Of a DNA stretch of 64,000 nt, positions 37,901-51,296 are shown piece by piece. The DNA lies in contig OZ024748.1 of the NCBI GenBank assembly GCA_964016885.1, positions 49,414,001 to 49,478,000 on the forward strand, in the 5' to 3' direction. The position numbers and the translations under genes were made by a program. How positions within the stretch are numbered: the first letter of the stretch is position 1; every line of letters begins with the position of its first letter. A model generated the notes under the pieces. That model worked only from the letters and a program-made list of their open reading frames with translations. It was not told where the DNA came from and made no database searches. Source of the DNA: Eledone cirrhosa. Lineage: Eukaryota.

Positions 37901-39258
37901 ATGCTTGTGTATTATAACATGTAGTTATCATGTAGTCATGCTTGTGTATTATAACATGTAGTTATCATGTAGTCATGCTTGTGTATTATAACATGTAGTT
38001 ATCATGTAGTCATGCTTGTGTATTATAACATGTAGTTATCATGTAGTCATGCTTGTGTATTATAACATGTAGTTAACATCTAGTCATGCTTGTGTATTAT
38101 AACATGTAGTTATCATGTAGTCATGCTTGTGTATTATAACATGAAGTTAACATGTAGTCATGCTTGTGTATTATAACATGTAGTTATGATGTAGTCATGC
38201 TTGTGTATTATAACATGTAGTTATCATGTAGTCATGCTTGTGTGTTATACCATGTAGTTATCATGTAGTCATGCTTGTGTATTATAACATGTAGTTAACA
38301 TGTAGTCATGCTTGTGTATTATAACATGTAGTTAACATGTAGTCATGCTTGTGTATTATAACATGTAGTTATGATGTAGTCATGCTTGTGTGTTATAACA
38401 TGTAGTTATTATGTAGTCATGCTTGTGTATTATAACATGTAGTTAACATGTAGTCATGCTTGTTTATTATAACATGTAGTTATCATGTAGTTATGCTTGT
38501 GTGTTATAACATGTAGTTAGCATGTAGTCATGCTTGTGTGTTATACCATGTAGTTAACATATAGTCATGCTTGTGTATTATAATATGTAGTTATCATGTA
38601 GTCATGCTTGTGTGTTATAACATGTAGTTAACATGTAGTCATGCTTGTGTGTTATAACATGTAGTTAACATGTAGTCATGCTTGTGTATTATAACATGTA
38701 GTTAACATGTAGTCATGCTTGTTTATTATAACATGTAGTTATCATGTAGTCATGCTTGTGTATTATAACATGTAGTTAACATGTAGTCATGCTTGTGTGT
38801 TATAACATGTAGTTAACATGTAGTCATGCTTGTGTATTATAACATGTAGTTATCATGTAGTCATGCTTGTTTATTATAACATGTAGTTATCATGTAGTCA
38901 TGCTTGTGTATTATAACATGTAGTTATCATGTAGTCATGCTTGTGTATTATAACATGTAGTTATCATGTAGTCATGCTTGTGTGTTATAACATGTAGTTA
39001 TCATGTAGTCATGCTTGTGTGTTATAACATGTAGTTATCATGTAGTCATGCTTGTGTATTATAACATGTAGTTAACATGTAGTCATGCTTGTGTATTATA
39101 ACATGTAGTTATGATGTAGTCATGCTTGTGTGTTATAACATGTTATAACATGTAGTCATGCTTGTGTGTTATAACATGTAGTTATTATGTAGTCATGCTT
39201 CTGTATTATAACATGTAGTTAACACAGGTTAACATGTAGTCATGCTTGTGTATTATAA
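37901..39258. repeat. 37-bp minisatellite, ~36 copies
   Basis: Unit catgtagttawcatgtagtcatgcttgtgtrttataa. Confidence 0.95.
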
Positions 39259-40140
39259 AACGAAACTAGATGTATATCGTTAGAATTTGTTTTTTTAAAG
39301 CCCCCGCGATTTGGAATGTTTATTCTAACGCCTTTCTCTTGCCATCCTTCGAAGCAACATTTTCACCATTCTCGTCACACAACTGTGAACGCTTCCTCAC
39401 TCCACCCGGGCCCGCATCACTGATGCTGAGTCAGAGTCAATTATATATACTAAATACTAAAAAAAGAAAGAAAAAAAAAACGTTTATTCGCCATAACACA
39501 CACACACACACACACACCTATCTCTATTTTGGAGAGAAAATACATTTATGTATACATTTTTAATGATACTTCAGAAAACAAAATCTTATATAGTGACAGT
39601 GAAAGTACTTAAGTATTTCATATTTTCTTTTTCTGTAGAATAATATAGCTTTTATGTTAAATATAGGTTTTCTAGAAGGGGAGGTCAACCAATCATATTT
39701 CCTGCAAGTATCATATATACACTCGCATGAAAAAACAAACAATAAAAACATTTTCATACATACATATATGATGGCTGTCCCCTCGTTATCGAGTATGGCC
39801 ATTGCACGATATAACATTATTAATAATTACCAATTAATGTTATAGTGCAATGCCTGTGCCTAAATATTTTTTTAAAGAGAGGAAAGACCTGTGCACTGAG
39901 CCAATCCTACTCTCTGAGCGACAGTAGCTATAATCCGAAAAGAAGAAAAGATCATCATCGGTAACTACTGAGCCGCAGGTTTTATGTCGGAGTTATCCCA
40001 GTTTCCTGAGTTGCCTTCTCCTAGACGAATGCCTTGACAAAGGCTAGGGGTCCTTCACTCCCAGTCGTTTAATCGCGCGATCGTGTATCCAGCCCAATTA
40101 TTTCTATGTCCCCGCGCATATACATACACATGCATACATG

Positions 40141-40226
<86 letters not shown>

Positions 40227-40319
40227 CACATGCATATATACATTTTCTACTGTTTTTTTTCTTACTTTTTTACTATTTTTTTTTTATATATATCAACTCG
40301 TGTGTCACTTCCCTACATT

Positions 40320-40425
<106 letters not shown>

Positions 40426-40588
40426 CCAATATTATATTAAAGATGTCATGTCTGAGAATATCAGAATCATGCGCCAATGAAAAAATCACCAAGGTTTAAT
40501 TGATTTACATATGTTTCATTCAACTACAAAGGATGTAGCATTTAATTCCTTTGTAGAAAAAAAAACTTCAGAAATATTATATAATATA

Positions 40589-41752
40589 CTAGCAGTAAAG
40601 CCCGGCGTTGCTCGGGGTCGCTCAGTAGCTGTGTTAAAGTTACAATGTTAAGTTTCTTTCTTGGCTTAAAAACTGTAGTGTCTACTGTGCAGACTTGCAT
40701 GTGGTGTTTTTGATTAATATTCCCTCAACCAACAATATGCCTTATGAAGTTAAGAAAACATAACGATAACCCGAATGTTATAACAAAAGAGGATGCTGGG
40801 GATAGAAACTGCACTGGTTATTTATTAACAAAGATCGAAAATGTAAACACTGCAACGCAGAGAAAAACATTAGCGTAACCAAATTATCAGTTATGTCTGT
40901 CTGCACGCCTATATCACCTCTCTGCACGACTATCTGTCTGCACGCCTATATCACCTCTCTGCACGACTGTCTGTCTGCACGCCTATATCACCTCTCTGCA
41001 CGACTGTCTGTCTGCACGCCTATATCACCTCTCTGCACGACTATCTGTCTGCACGCCTATATCACCTCTCTGCACGACTGTCTGTCTGCACGCCTATATC
41101 ACCTCTCTGCACGACTGTCTGTCTGCACGCCTATATCACCTCTCTGCACGACTATCTGTCTGCACGCCTATATCACCTCTCTGCACGACTATCTGTCTGC
41201 ACGCCTATATCACCTCTCTGCACGACTGTCTGTCTGCACGCGTATATCACCTCTCTGCACGACTGTCTGTCTGCACGACTGTCTGTCTGCACGCCTAACG
41301 ACGAAATATTTGCTTGTTTTACGTAGTCTTTAAATAGACTTGTTTTCAAGTAAACATATTGTTTTAAAATGCTTTTAAATGGAAATGAAGCAAAAGGAAG
41401 CTTAGTGTTCGAACTGATGAATTTTGCAGGTCAATATTTTGCTGGCTCGACAACTGTTCGTTCGTGTATTGTGTTAATGTCATTTTAAACGCTGAGAAAG
41501 CCAGCGTAATTTTTTACGTAAGACGCTCAATGTAAAGGGAAATAACTGATAACTTACGCTCAAAAATCGATACATTATATTCGATTTCGTCACATAGGGT
41601 GGGTCAATTTGAAATTTTTTTTTTCCGATGTCTTCGCTAGGGCTCAATGTACAAGTATAGCAATTTCGGTGCAATTCCGTGAGAGATTCTAAGAGGAGAT
41701 GTGTGCCAAAAATCGATAGACAGACAGACAGCCACAGTTTTATATATATAGA
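40589..41752 (-). mobile_element. Non-autonomous Helitron containing a 37-bp minisatellite
   Basis: Plus strand reads a|ctagcagtaaagcccggcgttgctcggg ... ttttatatatataga|t, the same termini as the 60127 element in reverse orientation. Confidence 0.82.
40895..41296. repeat. 37-bp tandem repeat, ~10 copies
   Basis: Unit ctgcacgcctatatcacctctctgcacgactrtctgt. Confidence 0.93.
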
Positions 41753-42005
41753 TAAAGTTAATTATTTACCAATCGATGTTCTTAGGCATCCGACATCTGT
41801 TGAATGAAACATGTAAATCAATTAAATAATGTATTAATGTATTAAAACTTGGTGATATTTAAATTTTTTTATGTATGCTCTGTGAATTGTAAATCTACAA
41901 TGATCGGAAATCTACAAATTGGATCTATCTCTGAACTGTCTTTCCCCAATCTGGATATTGACAAAATTACATTAGAGCTTTATATATCTGAAGACCTTAT
42001 GCAGT

Positions 42006-42050
<45 letters not shown>

Positions 42051-42054
<4 letters not shown>

Positions 42055-42261
42055 CGAAGGAAATGTGGTAAGGAACCAAGTGGACCATAACGCACCAAAG
42101 TACTCAATACTTAGGGTAGTAGAGTGGGTTATAGGAACCAGTAAGACCCCGACGGCTGAGCTCAAGCCGTTTCGACGGCTAATTCTGGACGGCTAATTCT
42201 AGAGGCGTCCAGAATTAGCCGTCGAAACGGCTTGAGCTCAGCCGTCGGGGTCTTACTGGTT

Positions 42262-42267
<6 letters not shown>
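42051..42267 (-). mobile_element. (TA)n-embedded fold-back element with half-hammerhead (probably PLE-derived)
   Basis: Arms ~42130-42191 / 42206-42267 plus ~80-nt tail; contains gtcGAAACGGCT-TGAGCTC-AGCCGTC-GGGGTC; (TA)n on both sides. Confidence 0.7.
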
Positions 42268-42318
<51 letters not shown>

Positions 42319-42683
42319 CAATGTACCGTATGTTTAATTAAAAACATTTTGAAGACCTTGCGCTATCACTTTAAAGTAGTGACTATGTCACTTACTTCTT
42401 TTTTCGGCAAAGGAAGGGAGAGAAGCTGACAGGTTCTGTTTCACACTGTTGGTGATCCTCAGAGCCTCTGCCGAACATTATAGAGGCTGGATTCTTATAG
42501 AATTCCAGTAATAATCAGGAACTGATTATACAGAGCGAATGTCGGTCCAGCAAAAATTTAAAATTAGGATTGGTGCTCTGAAATACCGTTGTATACATGA
42601 ATGTATATATAGTATATTTGGAAATATACCGTATGTTTAATTAAAAACATTTTGAAGACCTTGCGCTATTATTTTAAAGTAGT

Positions 42684-43260
42684 GTGGTGTGGTGTGATGT
42701 GGTGTAGTGTGATGTGGTGTGGTGTGGTGTAGTGTGATGTGATGTGGTGTGATGTCGTGTGGTGTGGTGAAGTGTGGTGTAATGTGGTGTAGTGTGGTGT
42801 GGTAGTGTGATGGTGTGGTGTCATGTGTTGTGATGTTTTGTGGTGTGGTGTGATGTGAATGCGATGTGTAATGTGATGTGGTGTGGTGTGGTGTAGTGTG
42901 GTGTGATGTGATGTAGTGTGATGTTGTATGGTGTGGTGTGCTGTAGTGTGATTTGATGTGATGTGGTGTGGTGTGGTGTGATGTGAATGCGATGTGAATG
43001 TGATGTGGTGTGGTGTAGTGTGGTGTGATGTGATGTAGTGTGATGTTGTATGGTGTGGTGTGCTGTAGTGTGATTTGATGTGGTGTGGTGTGGTGTGATG
43101 TGGTGTAGTGTGGTGTGTTGTAGTGTGATGGTGTGGTGTGATGTGGCGTGGTGTGATGTGATGTGAGTGTGGAATGATGTGTGATGTGGTGTGATGTGAT
43201 GTGATGTGATATGATGTGATATGACCTGGTGTGAGTGAGATGTGATGTAATGTGAATTTG
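42684..43260. repeat. Pentanucleotide (GTGTG/ATGTG)n tract
   Basis: Directly visible. Confidence 0.9.
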
Positions 43261-43611
43261 AATAGCTGTAATGTTATGTGATGTGAATGTTCACGATATA
43301 TAAGTGTTTATGAACGCTGTGTTTTAGCTATTGCCGTATTTTAGCTATTGTTGATCAAACTGGATCTAACTAGTTGGAACAAGTGAGATAAATCTATAGC
43401 ATTACTACTTCAGTTGCAGTGTTATAAGAAATGAGGGTAATTTGGTGATATCTGCAATATTTGGCGGAGCAATAGTAATAAACCAGTTCTTTGTTGTTAT
43501 CATTGCAATCAGCAACAATAGTTTTGACTAATTTTTATTATGAATCGATTACACACACACACACACACACAGACACACACATACACACACATATATATGT
43601 ATATATGTATG

Positions 43612-43664
<53 letters not shown>

Positions 43665-43768
43665 TATATATATGATATAAGTATATATATATACACCTAC
43701 AATTACAAACATATATATATGTTTACATATATATGTGTATATTACACACACACACACACACAACACAC

Positions 43769-43806
<38 letters not shown>

Positions 43807-43811
<5 letters not shown>

Positions 43812-43994
43812 AACAAGTAGGACCCCGACGGCTGAGCTCAAGCCGTTTCGACGGCTAATAGAATTAGCCGTCGAAACGGCTTGAGCTCAGCCGTCGGGGT
43901 CTTACTTGTTCCTATTACCCACTCTACTACCCTAAGTATTGAGTACTGTGGTGCGTTATGGTCCATCTGGTTCCTTACCACATTTCCTTCGTTA
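43807..43994 (+). mobile_element. (TA)n-embedded fold-back element with half-hammerhead, same family as 42051
   Basis: Arms ~43807-43859 / 43863-43915 with ~3-nt spacer. Tail nearly identical to the reverse complement of 42051-42130. Confidence 0.72.
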
Positions 43995-45411
43995 TATATG
44001 ATATATATATATATATAGTATATATATATATATATATATAATATATAATATATATATATATATATATAATATATGGTGTACAAATGTGTGTTTTTTATTA
44101 TCTCTAAATGATTTCCTATAACAGGATTAATCATATGGCTTTACATCATTAACCACAAATAAATAGAGTGGCGGCGAGGTCAAAGTCGAGAGTTCAAATC
44201 TTACTACCACCTACACACACTGCAATGTGGGTTGTTGTTGTTGTTGTTTTAACTGCGACATACGTTTGGTAAAACAGTCGATGGTGTACCTATCAGTACG
44301 ATGGCGTTCGTTTTAACAGAGGGGGTGGGGAGAAGAGAGGAGAGGGGGAGAAGAAGAAGAGAGTGAAAGAGAGAAAGGGGAAGAGAGAAGATGAAGAAAG
44401 AGAATAGAAGAGATAAAGGGGGAAGAGAGATAGTGTCGAGAGGAAATAAGAGAGAGGGGAGGGAAGGGAGAAGGAGAGAGAAGAGAGAGTGAAAGGCAGA
44501 AAAAGAGAGACGGAAAGGGAGAGAGGAATTGAGGGAGAGGGGGAAAGAGGAACCTTACATTTTTCATTCTTTTGCTCCTTTCTTCGCCTCCTTCTCCTCA
44601 TCCCCTCGCTCATTCTTCTTCTTCTTCTTCTTCTTCTTCTTCTTCTTCTTCTTCTTCTTCTTCTTCTTCTTCCACCTTTCTCTCACTCCCTCTCCCCCAC
44701 TCCTCCTCCCCTTCACTACTCCCTCCTACCCACTCTCCCCCTGTACCAATAAAACTACTCACTAGACCACCACACAGTACATATAAACCCGTCCAAAAGA
44801 AATATTGTTCACTAAAAGTATTCTACCAATAATTACGAATAATTACACAAATTCCTCCGGGGTTAAGAAATGTCTAACATATATAATGAATATGATTATA
44901 ATTGTTAATGTTCTCTCTTGGAAATGAGAGCAGTATAATCTATAACAAAGTACTCAATGCATGAAGTGGTGAATTGGCAGAGTCGTTAGAACGTCTGATA
45001 GAGTGTTTTGTGGTATTCGGTCCAGTTCTCTGCTTTCTGAGTTCAAATACCGCTGAAGTCAACTTTCATCCTTTCAAGGTCGGTAAAAAAAGTACCAGTC
45101 TAGTACTGGGGTTGAGTCTTCCTCTATCTCACTTCCTTTCTCTCATTTTTTCTTCTCTTCTGGAAGAAATCTGCTGTGTTAAGGCCTGCAGAGGGATGGC
45201 CTCCGCCAGGCTTAAAATGCCCAAGAAACGCCGTATGTCAATACGGCGTCCCTACGACTCTATCAGGAGTTACGCGACCATACCATACCATTCTCAATAC
45301 ATGGGATAGATTGCATGCATTTCTATTAAATTAATGACGCTCACAAGTATGATATTTTTTTTATTATGGTTAAGTGATGAGTCTAGTTACTCTGGTGTTT
45401 CACCTGTATAC

Positions 45412-45680
45412 TCACAGGGTCACCATCCACACCTTTGACTGGACAGCATATCTCAGCTGCACCTCGAGGCACAAGATGGTGCAAGTGTTTCCGCGGAGAA
45501 TAGCCAGAGAAACCCGCTGCATCAGCCATTGCACAGGTCCCGTCTTTAGCGAGGTCCTGTCTATAGCAAGGTTAGATTCCTTCTTCAGTCGTGATACCCA
45601 CGTCCCGATTTGGTGAAGGAAAACATCCGGCCAGGAACCGAAGCCACCGGAGGCCTCAATGGTAACTTCCGGTGTAAATA
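45412..45680 (-). mobile_element. CRE-clade retrotransposon 3' fragment (RLE C-terminus)
   Basis: FTPEVTIEASGGFG...FLHQIG...WLMQRVSLAILRGNTCTIL contains the QR.S.AI.RGN motif. Confidence 0.75.
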
Positions 45681-46198
45681 AATATGAATTTCTTTGTATA
45701 AGTGGATTGTTAGTATCAATAGAGCGTCGGACAACATGCAATGTGGCATATAGTTACGCCCCTTTACGTTCTGAGTTCAAATCCGCTGAGGTTAGCTTTG
45801 CCTTTCATCCTTATGGGGTCGATAAATTAATGTAGCAGTAATGTACTGAGATGGATTTAATCCCTCTCCCCCCAAAACAATTGTTGACTTTGTGTCTAAA
45901 TCAGAAACCTTTATTTGTTCCTTTTCTCTGCGTTCTGAGTTTACACGTCACTGTAGCCTACTTGGGTGGGAGATTTAATCCGTCACCTGGTTTAACACCA
46001 GCTGGATCACGGCTACCTTTAGCGGATTTCACCCTGCTTCAAGCATTCAGACGAGGTCTGCTGTTCGAGGACACTCTCTCCTTGTACCAGTCTCGGAAAC
46101 CATGAAAAGCGTTACGGACACGGACCTTCCCCTTCACTAAACAGCACTGAAAAAAAATTGAAGAAAAATGATTTCGAATTCTTTACTCTAAGTTTTGC

Positions 46199-46712
46199 TT
46201 AACACTTCCGTTATATTTCGAATGAAAGACACTGCCTATAATTTTCAAAATACTCAAGAATTTGAAAGAATTGAATAATATAACTAATTTTCTTGTTACT
46301 CATCTAGTGTTTTGGACATAATGTTTTTCTTCTTTTTTTTATTTAGGTACAAGATCAACGATTTGGGGGGGGGGGGGGGGGGGGGGGGGGAAGAGGAAAA
46401 AGTCGATAAAATCGACCCTAGTGCGTTACTGGTACTTTATTTTATTGCCACCGTAAAGATGAAAGACAAAACTAACCTCAGCGGGATTTGAATTCAGAAT
46501 GTTAAAGGGCTGCAACTCTATGCCACAAAGCATGTTTTATATAGGCTCTACTGATCCCACCAACCAACCCACCGATCTGTTCAACTAGTGTTTTAAACAA
46601 TCTAAGAAAGGTTCTTATAAAAAATTATGATGGAAGGTTTTTAAATAAAACCCACAGCTTTGTTTTGTTAAACTAAGGCTGGTTTCAAGCAGTTTGGTAT
46701 CAAAGGGGTTTA
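46199..46712. mobile_element. TTAA-flanked (piggyBac-like) MITE family copy with nested SINE; relatives at ~986-1310, ~16470-16722, ~24570-24810
   Basis: Shared internal sequence (atgaaagacactgcctata...caagaattt...ataactaattttctc) and ...ggtatcaaaagrgttaa-type termini. Confidence 0.55.
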
Positions 46713-47289
46713 AAAGAAAACAAAATCATTTACAAGATGTTTATCTGATGAAATTAAGAACACAAAAAAGAATAAATAAATAAAAAAAATAACAAATTCG
46801 TAAATATCCTCATAAATAGATAAATACATTTCTAAATAAATAACAACAAAGAAAACAAAAACAAAACAAACACATCTTGGTAACGATCAATTATTCCACT
46901 GTTTTATCTATTATTTACAAGCAGCATTGCAATGACTTTTATGAAATGTTATCTGCTGTTAGCAAAGGCGCGTAAGGTTGAACTGGTGAGGGGTGTTTTC
47001 TCCCCTGATGCTTTATCTATACATGCCAGTTGCTGTGTGTGCTGAGAATATGAGAGCAGAAAAACAATATTATATATACATCTAGGCACCTGGTGTCTTT
47101 CAAATTATACAATTGAAGCAGAGAAACTAAAATTCGATATATTTTGAAATAACGCCTGTTACTGTGAGACAGGGACTTCGTTTCGTTGTTTCTTTCTTTC
47201 TATATTATTTTTTTAATTGTAACTTTTATTATTTTTTTTGTTTACTATTCGTTACTGTTCATTTTGTTTAACCTCTACACATTTGTAGA

Positions 47290-47815
47290 GTGGAAGATGG
47301 TGGCTAAATACCTGGTATTGAGTCCTCCGATGTCTTCTTCAGTCTTCGTACTACCACAGAGAAACAGAAAATGGTGGCTAAATACCAGGTATTGAGTCCT
47401 CCAATAACTTCCTCAGTCTTCGTACTACCACAGAGAAACAGAAGATGGTAGCTAAATACCAGGTATTGAGTACTCCGATGTCTTTGTCAGTCTTCGTACT
47501 ACCACAGAGAAACAGAAGATGGTAGCTAAATACCTGGTATTGAGTTCCTCCGATATCTTCCTCAGTCTTCGTACTACCACAGAGAAACGGAAGATGGTGG
47601 CTAAATACCAGGTATTGAGTTCTCCGATGTCTTTGTCAGTCTTCGTACTACCACAGAGAAACGGAAGATGGCTAAATATCAGGTATTGAGTTCTCCGATG
47701 TCTTTGTCAGTCTTCGGACTACCACAGAGAAACAGAAGATGGTAGCTAAATACCTGGTATTGAGTTCCTCCGATATCTTCTTCAGTCTTCGGACTGCCAC
47801 AGAGGAGTGGAAGAT
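47290..47815. repeat. ~74-bp tandem repeat, ~7 copies
   Basis: Unit gaagatggtrgctaaataccwggtattgagtnctccgatrtctt...cagtcttcgtactaccacagagaaacr. Confidence 0.9.
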
Positions 47816-48424
47816 ATCTAAATACTAAACATCGACTGACCGTTTCCCCTTTTGTCTACCAGTAGCCATCGAGACGTCCAGTATCCTCTGTACCCAGACT
47901 TCAACAGAGGGGGGTAGAGGTTGACAGCTAAATACCAATCATTTACTGACCATTTCTTTTTTTTTGGTGTGAGAGTATCCATCAAAACCTCCCGTGTCCT
48001 TGGACCCCAGACTGCTAGAAAGGAACCCGTGTCCTTGGACCCCAGACTGCTAGAGAGGAACTGAAGAAAACAACATACTAAATATTGTTTAACCATTTCT
48101 CTTTCTGTGTCCCTCTCCATCAAAACCTACGACGTCTTCGGGTCACGGGCTGCACCAAGTCGAGAGGAAGGTATCGTGCCTAAGGAAGGAGTCCCAGGGG
48201 GTAGTATGGCTGATGTAGCGGTATTGTAACGTCCATCCAAGGGGGTGGGGGTTTAATCTCACCATTCTTCTTTCTTTTTCTATTTTGTTTGCTTTTTCAT
48301 TTTGATATTTTTTATAAATTCAGTTCGCAATATTCTTAATAAATCAGAAGCTAGTCGTCTTAGTGTTTACATAATTACTGGTACACCAATAAACAGCACT
48401 TAACATTGATTGTCATCGTCGTCG

Positions 48425-48457
<33 letters not shown>

Positions 48458-48686
48458 ACATCATCATCATCATCATCACGATCATTACCACCACCACCAT
48501 CATTATCAACATCATCATCATCATTATCAACATCATCATCATCGCCATCATCATCAACATCATGTAACTGAAGAGGAGAATTGATGCTTGTATTTGTCGT
48601 TTATATCCATTTTTCTGTGTACATTTGCTAATACACACACACACACACACAGGCACACATATTTGCACACACACGCACACATATTT

Positions 48687-48725
<39 letters not shown>

Positions 48726-48730
48726 TATTT

Positions 48731-48813
<83 letters not shown>

Positions 48814-49726
48814 ATCTGTACCAACTATATAATAAATACAGACTCTGTATATAATATGTGCTTTGTTTGAGAGAAAGTATGAGGACGATTCTAAATTATC
48901 TGGGTAAGTTTCTGTATATTTCCTGTTAAACATGTCATTCCTGTACCCTCTTTGAAGATGTCCGCTGCTGGCAGATGAAACAATTAGTGTTTTTGTTGTG
49001 AAAGTGACCGACCGACTTAAATAAGCAACATAGCCTCAACAGCAAATAAACGACTTCGAAGTTCCTCATAGAAGTCACTAACAACCAATAAAACCATAAC
49101 AATTGTTTCTACTTTTGGCACAAGGCCAGCAATTACTCAGTGCATTACTGGTACTTTATTTTACTGGCTAATTGCTGGCCTTCGAAGATGTCCGCTGCTG
49201 GCAGATGAAACAATTAGTGTTTTTGTTGTGAAAGTGACCGACTAATAAGCAACATAGCCTCAACAGCAGATAAACGACTTCGAAGTTCCTCATAGAGGTC
49301 ACTAACAACCAATAAAACCATGATAATGTCGTCTGCTAAGATAGTTATCATTCTTAGAATTTCAAAAATGTATTTGAAGACTTGCACTATTTTTCTCTTT
49401 TTTTTCTCCTTTTTCTTTTTTTTTCTTTTAACTTGTTTCAGTCATCAGATTGTATCCATGCTAGGGTGCCAATCATATCGACCCTATACTTATTGGTATT
49501 TTTCGTGTTTATCATACTCTTCTCCAACAACTTAAAATATTTAACGTAAGATATGGGAAAATAATTCAATCCCAATTAAAAAAAAAAAAAATAAAATAAA
49601 TAAATATATATATATGCAGAGGTTATATTTAATTTGTTGGGATTCAACAAGCTTAAAAATGTTTATAACTGATATAAAGCATTCAACAGATTAGTGGAGT
49701 AAATACACAATATATTAATAAATGGA

Positions 49727-49764
<38 letters not shown>

Positions 49765-50638
49765 GAAAGGTATAGAGATTGTTTTAGCGAGAAGCTAATA
49801 ATATTCTATAACATATATGCGACTATATCGTCAAGATGGGAAAAGTAGTCAACGTAAGATTTAGGAAAAATAATTCAAACTCATCTCAAAAAAGAATCAG
49901 GATACAAATTCATCCACAGAATTTAGTGAAATCCAGGGAAAAATCAATAGACCTTTAACTCATGGTAAAATAAAGTTTAAAACACTTATCCTTCAATTTG
50001 GAATAACATCAAATGCTCTGTATAGTCTTAAAAGACTATTTCATGAAAACTTTCAGTGGAGATGGTCATATATATATATATATATATATAAGAGCTTCTA
50101 CAGGACTAGAACTGTTTCGTTCGTGAGAAATCAAAAAGATAACACACGAGAGAGAGAGTGTGTGTTTATCAATGTACAGGGAAAACCACGTGTTGCCAGG
50201 CGGTTATTTTAAGTTTTTCCTAGAGTTGTCTGGAATGTCTTCACTTACTACACGCTGATGAACCTGTGTGTTTCATTCCATTCACTAATCTTTTGGCGAA
50301 ACAAATCTCTTTGGGTTTGTACGTGTGTGATATATAGTTATAAAGGTGGGTAAATTCATTCTGATTTACATTTTTAATTATTATGCGTCTACCTCACCTT
50401 TCGTAATTTATATATATATCACGATACATTAACGGAGCCATAGACTCTCGCCGTTCCCTGTAAATAATGTGCTCAAAGGAAGGAGAGGAAATCCTGAGCA
50501 CTTTAAAATACAATATGTTGAAAAGGTAACACACTAGAGAGAGATACAATGCGCTATCAACAAAACAGGGTGGTTTTTCCCTGTTTTATTGATAGCGCAC
50601 TGTATCTCTCTCTAGTGTGTTACCTTTTCAACATATTG

Positions 50639-50723
<85 letters not shown>

Positions 50724-50724
<1 letters not shown>

Positions 50725-51040
50725 GAGGGGGTGCTGAAAAGTTCCTTGCTTTAAGGGTAGAGCTGTTACCTTTGCAGGGAAGGTAAGACAACTATTTTGG
50801 AGATGATATACAAAACAATTATGCTGGTATACAATATATCTTTCTCCTTTTTGCAGATTTAACGCATGATAGCCCCTACAGTGGATTTTGGTAAAATTGA
50901 AGTACAGTCAGTCATGAAGTTCTTCCTCTTACACGGGAAAGCAGCGGCGGAAGTCCATGGTGAGATGAAGGAAGTCTTGAAAGATGGCTGCCCATCTTAC
51001 CCCACAATGAAAATCTGGTTATCAAGGTTTTGGAGAGGTC
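50724..51040 (+). mobile_element. Mariner transposon 5' remnant (TIR plus N-terminal HTH)
   Basis: TA|CGAGGGGGTGCTGAAAAGTTCC TIR-like start; VMKFFLLHGKAAAEVHGEMKEVLKDGCPSYPTMKIWLSRFWRG resembles the mariner HTH. Confidence 0.8.
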
Positions 51041-51154
51041 TCAAACACGCCTTCCAGCGGGTCCTGCCAGAACCAACCGTCTCTAATTAATCCGGCTGGA
51101 TTCCCAAGCGTGACCAGTCGAGCTCATGGACGTTATCCGACCATCTTGCGCAAG

Positions 51155-51192
<38 letters not shown>

Positions 51193-51204
51193 TTGTATAT
51201 AAAT

Positions 51205-51239
<35 letters not shown>

Positions 51240-51241
51240 GA

Positions 51242-51296
<55 letters not shown>

